The notes under the pieces are model-generated. The model did not search any database, was not told the origin of the DNA, and saw only the letters and a program-made list of their open reading frames with translations. This document shows, in pieces, positions 36,892-45,146 of a stretch of 64,000 bases of DNA. Source of the DNA: a virus (Duplodnaviria > Caudoviricetes). The DNA lies in IMG/VR virus record IMGVR_UViG_2595698868_000001, positions 96,001-160,000 of that record; one strand, written 5' to 3'. The translations under genes were made by a program, and so were the position numbers. The stretch's first letter is position 1. The number at the start of each line of letters is the position of its first letter.

Positions 36892-36954
36892 GCCGGGGAT
36901 AGGGTGGTCGCTCGCCCTAAACAGTTCGGGTAAGCTCCGACTGCCCCGGCTCCA
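36892..36954 (+). ncRNA. Two-arm tRNA-like mini RNA ending UCCA
   Basis: GCCGGGG/CCCCGGC 7-bp stem plus TCCA, two internal hairpins. Confidence 0.55.
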
Positions 36955-36961
36955 AGTTTGA

Positions 36962-37038
36962 TGCGGGGTGGAGCAGTCCGGTAGCTCGTTTGGCTCATAA
37001 CCAAAAGGTCGAGGGTTCAAATCCCTCCCCCGCATCCA
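36962..37038 (+). tRNA. tRNA-Met(CAT), initiator-like body
   Basis: TGCGGGG-TGGAGCAGTCCGGTAGCTCG, TTTGG-CTCATAA-CCAAA, GAGGGTTCAAATCCCTC, TCCA. Confidence 0.9.
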
Positions 37039-37536
37039 CAAGCTGAAGCTCCGATGGCGGTCCTAGGCCGCAGCTTTACCCGGTCCCACGTCGGACAAGG
37101 CCGGGGTCTAGGTGGTGAGATATGATCGACGCCGGCGGAGCGCCAAGCCACCTTCCGCCACCAACGCCGTGTGCGTGACAAGCCTGGAGAGAACGGGCAC
37201 TCCAATCCGGGGTATGAGGCCGGATGTAGCGAACGCCAGCGAGATCGGCGTGACTGGTGGGGGAGAGGACCCACGCTGATTTCGATGAACGCATTCGGCG
37301 ATGTCGGCTTTCTCCATGGAGCCGCCGCCTGAGGCAGGAGCTACTGCCTCCGTCATGCGTTCTGCCAAATCAGCTTCGTCGCGGGGGTTCGATTCCCCAA
37401 GTTCGCGCCTCCTAGGGCGTAGGGCTGCATGGGACACCGACGGATAAACGGGAGTTGCCGGTTCGAGTCCGGCCTGGGCGGGGACTAGGAAACCCGGCCG
37501 GTGGAGGTAACTGGAGAACCTCGTCCGACCTATTTT

Positions 37537-37623
37537 GGTGTGGTGGCTCGACAGGTAAGGCGCCGGCCTCATAAGCCGGAGGGCGAAAGTCCTATGTAGG
37601 TTCGAATCCTACTCACACCTCCA
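37537..37623 (+). tRNA. tRNA(CAT) (Met or Ile2) with long variable arm
   Basis: GGTGTGG/TCACACC, CCGGC-CTCATAA-GCCGG, AGGGC-GAAA-GTCCT extra arm, T arm, TCCA. Confidence 0.85.
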
Positions 37624-37820
37624 ACTATGCGACGCCCCAGCGTCCGGACGACTCCCTGGCCGGTAACCACTCCGTCACAGGGACTCCCAGCCGGGGATAG
37701 CATGCCGAGGACGGAAGGCGCACGCCGTGACTGCCGGGAGAGTACGGTATCGAGTGAAAGCCGTGAGGCAGACCCTAGTGGCTCGACGGGGGACGTGAGG
37801 TGGAAGCCCTCACACCTTCC

Positions 37821-38069
37821 TCAATTGAACAGAAGCTGCTTGCTGTCGGGCCGGAACTGTACGCCGAGTTCGACCAGGATGCGCTTGATCGTGGCGTAGA
37901 AGTTCAACACCGCGCGGTGATCCGAGATGGATGCGCCTGTCACCAATGTGCGGGTCTTCCCCTCGTGCTGAACACGAATCTTGCAGTGCTTGTTGCGCTC
38001 GACCTCGAACGCCACATCGTGGTGCTTGAGGATGCGTTTCGCCATTTCTACGGTGTCTCGGCCAGCCAT
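37821..38069 (-). CDS. HicA-like small protein
   Basis: NKHCKIR...TLVTGASISDHRAVLN pattern; start trimmed to MAGRD. Confidence 0.45.
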   Translation of the reverse strand: MAGRDTVEMAKRILKHHDVAFEVERNKHCKIRVQHEGKTRTLVTGASISDHRAVLNFYATIKRILVELGVQFRPDSKQLLFN

Positions 38070-38070
38070 G

Positions 38071-40008
38071 TCAGGCTCCCATCGCTTGGTTGATATTGTC
38101 TTCCTTTTCCTTTGCTGCCTGCGCGATTCGCGCATCGAGCGAACCGTTGGCGACCAGGAAATAGGACATGATCTTCTCGGCCGTCTGCCCAATCCGGCAG
38201 GCCCGATCTTCACACTGCTCGATCATGCTCGGGACCCAATCGCCTTCGGCAAAGGCGACGTCGGCCGCGCGCGTCAGCGTAAAGCCCACGCCGGCGGCGG
38301 CGATGTTCCCGATGAAGAGTCGGCAGGATTCGTCGGTCTGGAAGCGGTCGACCTGGGCCTGCCGCTTGTGCATGGGCGTGCCGCCCCAGATCACCGCCGG
38401 ACACCAGTTATCCATCCGCTCTGCGATTGCCTTGACGACGTCGGAGTGATAGGCGAACAGCAGCAGCTTCTCGCCCCCTTCCAGGAAGTCGGAGACCCAC
38501 GGCGTGACGCAGGAGAGCTTGGCGATGCCGAGTTCACGGCGCACGGCCGCCATCTCCTCGAACAGGATCGCAACTGCCGGCGGCTCCAGGCCCGCGACGG
38601 CGGCGGCATAGTCGAGGTCCAGGGTACGCCAGTTCGGATGATCTGGGTCCATGTCGGCCGAGAAGCCGATGCGGGCGGCGTTGTCGATGATCTGGGCGCC
38701 GTGGACGATCTCATCAACGACCTCGCCCTGGCCGAGATGGACCTTCTCGTAGAGCTTCAGCATCTGCGCCAGTTCGTCCTCGCGGGCGACCAGGGCGCGG
38801 ATTTCCGGGCTGTCCATAGGGACGACGACGCGGCGCTTGGGCGGCAGTTCAGGAAGCACCTCGCGCTTGAGGCGTCGGACCATGAAGCTGCTGCGCATCT
38901 TCTCACCGAGTTCAGCGAGGTTGGTCGCGCCGTTCACAACCAGTGCGCCGTTCTTGCCACGCATGGGATCGTGATAGGCGCCGCAGTATTTGTAGACGTA
39001 GTCGAGATACTTGGAGCCCAGACCGTTTGGATCGAATGCCTTGACGATCGGCCACAACTCCACCGGCCGCGACATCATGGGTGTGCCTGACAGGAAGACA
39101 CGACGATTGGCGTCGATCGCGGTATGCCAGACCGATTCCGTCGACAGGCCCTTCGCGGCCCGCTCCTTCTTCTGCTGTTTGGTGTAGGTCTTCTGCCCGC
39201 CCAGCACGAACAACGTCCGGCCGCTCTGATCAGTCTTCAGGGCGTGACATTCGTCACACACGACGTAGTCCCAGGTCCGGCTCTTGATCTGATTGGTGAA
39301 CCGGTCCAGGATATCGTAGTTGATGATGACGATGTCGGTGTTAGGCCAATAGTCCTTCTGGACCTCGGCGACCCGATACTTCGGCTTGCCTTGGACTTCG
39401 ATCTTCTTGTACTTTGTTTGACCTGCCTTGGGGCCGGACTTGTAGACGCCGTCCTCGACCTTTTCGTAGGCCTTGGTGAAGCCGTCCTGCACGCGCTCCA
39501 CACGCGATGCCTCAGCGATCCCGAACGTCAAGTTCGGCACCATCCACTTGTCGATTTCACGCTTCCAGTTGACCTTCAGCGACGCCGGCACGATAAAGAT
39601 CGCGGACGTAATGGAGGTGTCGGCATTGAGGACGCCAATCGCTTGGATCGTCTTACCGAGGCCCGGCTGATCTGCGATCAGCGTATCCTTCCGCATCAGA
39701 GCGTACTCGATACCGGCGCGCTGATAGGGTAGATATTCGAGCCCAGGGGGCGACGGGGGCACGTAGTCCGTCGTCGCCTTCCACGACATCTCCTCGCTGA
39801 TCTTGGCGACTTCGAGCGTGTGCTGGACATGTTCCAGCGCTCGCTCGCGCCAGTAGACGCCAGTCACCTTTTGGGCGACGTCCAGGCGATCGGTGACCCA
39901 GGCGCGGCGCAGCTTCGAGAACGTGAAGCCCGCCTCCTTCCAGAGGTGACGTTCTTCGTACGTCCCCATCCCGTAGAAGAGGTTGTCGCGGAAGTCGATG
40001 TGAGCCAT
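38071..40008 (-). CDS. SNF2-family helicase/ATPase
   Basis: DQPGLGKT, DECH, LSGTP, RRLKREVL, GVGFTLT, QCEDRACRIGQ. Confidence 0.92.
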   Translation of the reverse strand: MAHIDFRDNLFYGMGTYEERHLWKEAGFTFSKLRRAWVTDRLDVAQKVTGVYWRERALEHVQHTLEVAKISEEMSWKATTDYVPPSPPGLEYLPYQRAGIEYALMRKDTLIADQPGLGKTIQAIGVLNADTSITSAIFIVPASLKVNWKREIDKWMVPNLTFGIAEASRVERVQDGFTKAYEKVEDGVYKSGPKAGQTKYKKIEVQGKPKYRVAEVQKDYWPNTDIVIINYDILDRFTNQIKSRTWDYVVCDECHALKTDQSGRTLFVLGGQKTYTKQQKKERAAKGLSTESVWHTAIDANRRVFLSGTPMMSRPVELWPIVKAFDPNGLGSKYLDYVYKYCGAYHDPMRGKNGALVVNGATNLAELGEKMRSSFMVRRLKREVLPELPPKRRVVVPMDSPEIRALVAREDELAQMLKLYEKVHLGQGEVVDEIVHGAQIIDNAARIGFSADMDPDHPNWRTLDLDYAAAVAGLEPPAVAILFEEMAAVRRELGIAKLSCVTPWVSDFLEGGEKLLLFAYHSDVVKAIAERMDNWCPAVIWGGTPMHKRQAQVDRFQTDESCRLFIGNIAAAGVGFTLTRAADVAFAEGDWVPSMIEQCEDRACRIGQTAEKIMSYFLVANGSLDARIAQAAKEKEDNINQAMGA

Positions 40009-40011
40009 GCG

Positions 40012-40380
40012 TCAGGCTTGGACCTTCGAGCGGTTCTTCTCGCGGATGAGGTCCATCTTGTTCTCGACGCGGCGCCATTCTTCCACGCCGAGCGTCAGCC
40101 CATCGTAACCATAGGCTTCGGCCGTAAGGAGCGCGGCGTTCAGTACGCCGGCGATCTCCTGGTACGGACGCCCCTTAGGGCGCCCGTAGGTGTGATTGAG
40201 TTGCTCCAGAGCCTTCTCACGTGAGATGCCGGCGGCCTGGGCGAGTTCGATCGCTTCTTCCAGGACCCGGATGGCGCGGTCCTTTCGGCTATTCAAGGTC
40301 TTCTTGCCCAGGCAGCGCTCCAGCCAATCAGCCAAGTTGGTCTGGAGCAGCACCTTGATCTCGCTGGCGTGATCAAACAC
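40012..40380 (-). CDS. MazG-like hypothetical protein
   Basis: RVLEEAIELAQA...QEIAGV; AGGAG RBS. Confidence 0.55.
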   Translation of the reverse strand: MFDHASEIKVLLQTNLADWLERCLGKKTLNSRKDRAIRVLEEAIELAQAAGISREKALEQLNHTYGRPKGRPYQEIAGVLNAALLTAEAYGYDGLTLGVEEWRRVENKMDLIREKNRSKVQA

Positions 40381-40392
40381 GAAACGTGACTC

Positions 40393-41601
40393 CTACTGGA
40401 ACTCGGTGCCGCCCTTGCGGGTCAGGTACGCTTCCGAGACGTGCTTGAGGATCGGGCGCAGGCGCTTGCCCGAGTCGAGCGTACGCTTGCGCTGATCGCC
40501 GGCGGCCGTGACCACCACACCTTCGCGGATGTTGGGGCCTTCCTGCTGATCCATCTTGCGGCCGAGCGTAGTCGTGCCCGACGCCAGCTTGTCGATCACC
40601 GCGCGATCGAACGGCCCCTTGTAGAGGACGGGGACGCGGTCGACGCCCATGGCGGCAAAGAAGGCCATCTTGTCGGCGTCATCCAGGTAGGACGTGCCGT
40701 GATTGTCGGAGACCCCAACGTCGAACGCCGCGAACGCCTTGGTCGTGAGGCCGTAATGCAGGTCTTGCACGCCGGCGCCGTAGACTTCGCCCAGCAGGTG
40801 AACACGGCAGCCGGGGAAGCGGGTCTGAGCCACTTCCTGAAGCTTGTCCGCCAGAGGCGCCAGCACCTTGACGTACAGCGTCTTGTCCAGGTTCTTCTGG
40901 ACGTTGATGAAGGTCAGGCCATCGGCGCCCATGCCCTTCGTCGAGATCGCGACGCGGCCGTCGCCGAACAGTTCGGGATCGGGCGCGGCGTCATCGACGT
41001 GGCTGATACGGGCCAGAGTACCGTGCAGCTTTTCGGTTACCACGACTTCTTCGCCGTCCTCAAACAAGTCCGGGAACGCCTTGATGTTCTCGATGTCGTA
41101 GTCCAGGCGCGACTCAAAGACGCCCTTCATCAAGCCGTCCATGCTGGTCGGCACTTCGGGAACGTACTTGGTGATGCCGAAGAACGGGGCGACATCTTCG
41201 TACAGGCTGACCTTCTTTCGACTCGCAGGGAAGATGCCCGCGCCAGCGTCGCCGAAGCCGACGATGATGCGGCCATTGACGTCACTGGTCTTCCAGACAA
41301 GGCCCTGGCTCAGCACGCCACGCAGCGTGATCGCCTTGACGCGGTTTCCGCGCGCGCCGGCCAGGATACCGACGCCCTTATCGGCGTTCCAGTATCCGCG
41401 CTCTTTAAGGTGCTGATCTGGTACGACCGCGCCCTCAGGCACGTAGATGACGTACTCGCCCTTGACGTAGCGGTGAGAGCCGTCCGGGTTCTTATTGGCG
41501 ATCGCCTCGTAACCGCGAATGCGCAGGATCGAAAGGCGGTCGGCATTGGGGTGGTCGTAAACGTCGTCGACCAGCAGGATCGGGACTTCGAAAGTGCTCA
41601 T
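40393..41601 (-). CDS. RNA ligase, DRB0094/Rnl5 family
   Basis: HPNADRL, LRGVLSQGL, TEKLHGT, GEVYG, FDV, REGVVV, LKHVSEAYL. Confidence 0.88.
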   Translation of the reverse strand: MSTFEVPILLVDDVYDHPNADRLSILRIRGYEAIANKNPDGSHRYVKGEYVIYVPEGAVVPDQHLKERGYWNADKGVGILAGARGNRVKAITLRGVLSQGLVWKTSDVNGRIIVGFGDAGAGIFPASRKKVSLYEDVAPFFGITKYVPEVPTSMDGLMKGVFESRLDYDIENIKAFPDLFEDGEEVVVTEKLHGTLARISHVDDAAPDPELFGDGRVAISTKGMGADGLTFINVQKNLDKTLYVKVLAPLADKLQEVAQTRFPGCRVHLLGEVYGAGVQDLHYGLTTKAFAAFDVGVSDNHGTSYLDDADKMAFFAAMGVDRVPVLYKGPFDRAVIDKLASGTTTLGRKMDQQEGPNIREGVVVTAAGDQRKRTLDSGKRLRPILKHVSEAYLTRKGGTEFQ

Positions 41602-41674
41602 AGGGTCCTCGGGGTTTTCCCATGGACCCTATGGTTAACGGCTAGGACGTGTCAAGAATTCTGGCGCCTGGGCG

Positions 41675-41887
41675 TCAGTAGGGCTGTCGCTTCAGCGCCT
41701 GGGCGTCGTCCCAGAAAAGGTAGGTGACCAGGACGATCAGCGCGGGGACAATCCACCATCCGATCAGATTGGCGAGCGCGGCCACGAGAGCCCACGACAG
41801 AAAGCCGGCGATCACGCCACCAAAGCGGTTCCAGTTGAGCCGCACTTCGCCGGCGACTTGAGACATCGAACGCATCGTTTCCTCCAT
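41675..41887 (-). CDS. Small membrane protein
   Basis: Two TM segments; TAATG overlap. Confidence 0.55.
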   Translation of the reverse strand: MEETMRSMSQVAGEVRLNWNRFGGVIAGFLSWALVAALANLIGWWIVPALIVLVTYLFWDDAQALKRQPY

Positions 41888-42348
41888 TATTGTTCTTCCT
41901 TCCGCATGGCCGAGCGAAGGGCGGTAAGCCGGCGACAGAACTCCGCCTGGGTCAGGACCGTATCGCGCGGATCGCGCTTACCGATCGAGTGCGTCAGCAC
42001 CGCATCGCCGGTGGCGAGCAGGGCCTTGCGGAAACCCTCGTTGGTGGCGAGCGCCATGTAGGCGCGATCCAGCAGAGTCTGATACTCGGGACCGTGCCGA
42101 TCGTATTCGACGCCGTTCCACCACAGCTTCTGCACACGCTGCCAGTGCTTGGACCGGCCGGCGCCGCGTTTCTTCGCCACGAGGCCGACGTTCTTGACGA
42201 CCTCACGCTGCATGTGAACCTTGTCGAACTTGAACGCCTGGAGCAGACCTTCCATCGACGCGACCAAGAGCCCGTCAAACCAGAAAGGGTGCGGGGCGAA
42301 GTTCGAGAGCGCGGATGACGGGTAGCCGCGACCGGAGCCGATGTCCAT
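41887..42348 (-). CDS. NADAR-like protein (T4 30.3-like)
   Basis: LSNFAPHPF, SMEGLLQAFKF, FRKALLATG. Confidence 0.7.
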   Translation of the reverse strand: MDIGSGRGYPSSALSNFAPHPFWFDGLLVASMEGLLQAFKFDKVHMQREVVKNVGLVAKKRGAGRSKHWQRVQKLWWNGVEYDRHGPEYQTLLDRAYMALATNEGFRKALLATGDAVLTHSIGKRDPRDTVLTQAEFCRRLTALRSAMRKEEQ

Positions 42349-42617
42349 CAGCGGGTGATCTCCACCGCCGGCGGACGCGGGAACGCACGCAGCGTGTCGT
42401 AAAGGACCGTGGGATGATAGAGCAGGTAGATGAAGCTGAAGATGCTCGCGATGCAGATCGCGTAAGCGCAGCGCGTCGCCACGGCATCTGAGCCGGTATT
42501 GCCACCGAAGGCCTTACCCAACAGCGACATGATGACGCTCGCCACGAGCGAGAAGAACGCCAGGATTCCGAGGACGACAAACACAGCGCCGTTCAGATTT
42601 GCGGCCCAGAACGGCAT
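42348..42617 (-). CDS. Small membrane protein
   Basis: Two TM segments; TGATG overlaps. Confidence 0.55.
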   Translation of the reverse strand: MPFWAANLNGAVFVVLGILAFFSLVASVIMSLLGKAFGGNTGSDAVATRCAYAICIASIFSFIYLLYHPTVLYDTLRAFPRPPAVEITR

Positions 42618-42958
42618 CAGAAGTCGAGTCCCAGGTCTTTACGCTGCTCAGGCGTCAGCGCCGCCATAGCCGCGCTCTTGGCTTCAGCCTTTTGCCGACC
42701 ACGCTGCGCGATGAGGTCGATATTGAGGTCCGAAGCGGGGAACCCATCCTGGGCGCCCTCGGCAAGCAGATAGTATCGGTCACCGACCTTGATTGCGTAG
42801 CGTTCGCGGACTGTGCCCATACCGCCGAAGTAGCCTTTTCCGGTCGCGGCATAGTCGGCTTCGCCTGACGAAGCGAAGTAGCCGACAATGCCGCCGACAA
42901 CGCCACGATCATCGGTGGTCGTATAGGTGACGTACAGGCGGACGATCTTCGCTTCCAT
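42617..42958 (-). CDS. Hypothetical protein
   Basis: Overlapping start/stop with its neighbours. Confidence 0.6.
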   Translation of the reverse strand: MEAKIVRLYVTYTTTDDRGVVGGIVGYFASSGEADYAATGKGYFGGMGTVRERYAIKVGDRYYLLAEGAQDGFPASDLNIDLIAQRGRQKAEAKSAAMAALTPEQRKDLGLDF

Positions 42959-43815
42959 TAGCCGACTCCTAGGGCATCGAGCAGAAGCTGATTAGCCTCG
43001 CGCTCGAAGGCGGCATTCGGCGGCAGCCTGTCGAAGCCCTTCTCCTTCACCCAGCCGATCGACGACTCCACGAAGCTGTCGAGCGCCGGGATACGCGTGC
43101 CGTGACCGACTTCGCCCATGGTCGCCTTGCGGCCCAGGAGCTTCGCCACTTCGTCGCGAGCGGCATCGGGAATGATGTCATGCGACATAAGCTGCGGCAG
43201 CGTCATCGGCGGGACTTCGCCGTAGCGCTGAATCCAAGCGATCGCGCAGGCGCCCCGGATGGCGTAGAGGTACTTCTTGAGGTTGACCGTGGTGATGCCT
43301 TTGATCATCACGCCGTCGCGCTCATGCTGGGCGAGCACCTCAGCCGTCGGACGGTTGTTGATCTCGCCCTCGTAGCACTGCCGAGTCAGCCCGAAGTAGT
43401 GGCGGGCGCTGGCTTCCGGGCTGGAGTTACGCTTGATCAGGTCGCGAAGCTTGTAGGGCAGCGGACCATGCTCGCGATAGATCAGCGGACTGGACAGCCA
43501 TTCGGCGACCGTGGCGTTGCCCTTGACGAGCAGCCCCAGGGCCTTACGCAGGTCCCAGCCATTCAGGTCCCAGACACCTTCAATCGGACGCTCGATCACG
43601 TCGCGCGGCGTCGTCAGCCCCAGATATTGCGAGAGCGGGCGAACGTAGAAGAACCGGACGTCGTTGTCGCTATCCGGCGACGGGAAGCCCCAGGCGCGCG
43701 AGCCGCTCTCCACCGCGAACACGATGGTGACGTTGTCCTCGGCTTCGACCCGCCCGAGACGGTTGTTGGCCTCGCCATAGACATCCAGCGGCAGGGTAGG
43801 GGCAGTGAACGACAT
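42958..43815 (-). CDS. Pol-beta superfamily nucleotidyltransferase (RlaP/YcgL-like)
   Basis: VESGSRAWGFPSPDSDNDVRF, GWDLRKAL, EWLSSP, KKYLY. Confidence 0.8.
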   Translation of the reverse strand: MSFTAPTLPLDVYGEANNRLGRVEAEDNVTIVFAVESGSRAWGFPSPDSDNDVRFFYVRPLSQYLGLTTPRDVIERPIEGVWDLNGWDLRKALGLLVKGNATVAEWLSSPLIYREHGPLPYKLRDLIKRNSSPEASARHYFGLTRQCYEGEINNRPTAEVLAQHERDGVMIKGITTVNLKKYLYAIRGACAIAWIQRYGEVPPMTLPQLMSHDIIPDAARDEVAKLLGRKATMGEVGHGTRIPALDSFVESSIGWVKEKGFDRLPPNAAFEREANQLLLDALGVG

Positions 43816-43867
43816 AGGGCTCCTCTCGTCAGTCTGGACGGCAGTTACCCGCACTACCTGCCGGCTG

Positions 43868-44122
43868 TCAACTCTTGTTGTCTATGCTCGTGGCTGGGAA
43901 GTTGCGACCTTCAGGCCAGACCGCCGGCACCGCGACCGGCGTCAGGTCGTACTCTCGAAGGAGCGCGCCGGCCGCCTGGAGCGCAAGGCTCTTGTCGCCT
44001 GCGGTCGCGCGCTTCCAGCGCTCCTGGCGCAGTTCGTCCAGGGTCCAAGGCGTCCCCGGCGGCAGCGGCAGGTACGGGCCAAGTACCGCCCGAGCCACCT
44101 GCATCTTCAGGTCTTCACTCAT
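43868..44122 (-). CDS. Hypothetical protein
   Basis: ATGA overlap. Confidence 0.5.
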   Translation of the reverse strand: MSEDLKMQVARAVLGPYLPLPPGTPWTLDELRQERWKRATAGDKSLALQAAGALLREYDLTPVAVPAVWPEGRNFPATSIDNKS

Positions 44123-44496
44123 TTGCGCCGCTTCCGTGGCTTGACCGGCGCTTGGGTGACCGTCTTGTTGGTGAAGACCTGCTTCACGCAGGGTTCCCCG
44201 TTTTCGTCCGGTAGCACGATCGTGAACTTCGTGTAGGTGCTGTGCTGGCCGGTCTTGAAGTCCTCGGCCTCGCGCATCGTCATGGACGGCATCGGTTGGC
44301 CTTTGACGAGATAGCCATCCAGGGCGCTGGGCGGCCGATCCCAGGACATCGGGATGCCCTCTAGATAGGGTCCCGTCGCCAGCGCTTTGAGCTTGCTGGC
44401 GATCTCGTGAATCTTCGGACTGTCGGGCGAGATAAGATAGGCGTGCTGGACCGTCTCCTCGACGATCATGAGGACGCTGCCATTGGGATAGGTCAT
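44119..44496 (-). CDS. Hypothetical protein
   Basis: Start trimmed to the ATGA overlap (MTYPNG). Confidence 0.55.
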   Translation of the reverse strand: MTYPNGSVLMIVEETVQHAYLISPDSPKIHEIASKLKALATGPYLEGIPMSWDRPPSALDGYLVKGQPMPSMTMREAEDFKTGQHSTYTKFTIVLPDENGEPCVKQVFTNKTVTQAPVKPRKRRK

Positions 44497-45137
44497 GAGG
44501 CCTTCTTCTCCGCGTGCTTGTCCCACAACCCGCCGTGATACCGAATGTCCGCCTCGTAGTGCCACACCATCCTGCGAGCGTCCTTGGCGGCCTTGCGCCC
44601 GCGCACCGTATCCTTTTGGCGCTCGGCCTCGGCGGTGTACTGCGCGATTTTGGCCTCGTCGTAGGCGCGCTCAGCGGCTTTATGTCCGTACGTTACCGCT
44701 CGGAACTTCTGATAGAACCAGACGGCGCCGGGACCATCATCGTACATCCAACTCGGCGCGCCGAAGATGTTGATGAACAGCGGCGCCTTTTCGTTCTTCC
44801 GGATGATCACGCGGCCCCAGCCGCTAGGGGCGGTGTGCTGTGGACGCGAATCGTCCTTGGGATTGAAGTATTCGACTTCCCAGGTGTGATTGTCGTCCAG
44901 CACGTTGATCTCGCGCTCGGGCCGGAACGGATGCCACAACTCGCGCACTAGCCGATAGACCGTCTGGGCCGGGTCCTCGCCCGGCACCAGATCATGGGTC
45001 GTGATGCCGTAGTGATGGTCGCACTCGATCCCGATCACTTCGGTGGCATTCTCCGGACCTAGGCCGCCGGCCGAGGCCGGTGTCAGGTAGCTGGCGTAGT
45101 CCACGCCAAACCGAAGCGGGATGTACGAATGCGCCAT
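44493..45137 (-). CDS. Hypothetical protein
   Basis: AGGAG RBS; tiles the operon. Confidence 0.6.
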   Translation of the reverse strand: MAHSYIPLRFGVDYASYLTPASAGGLGPENATEVIGIECDHHYGITTHDLVPGEDPAQTVYRLVRELWHPFRPEREINVLDDNHTWEVEYFNPKDDSRPQHTAPSGWGRVIIRKNEKAPLFINIFGAPSWMYDDGPGAVWFYQKFRAVTYGHKAAERAYDEAKIAQYTAEAERQKDTVRGRKAAKDARRMVWHYEADIRYHGGLWDKHAEKKAS

Positions 45138-45146
45138 CTCGGGCTC

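Noticed and set aside
35776-37899. Short ORFs over the ncRNA island
   Set aside because: They overlap tRNAs and tmRNA and have low-complexity Arg/Pro translations.
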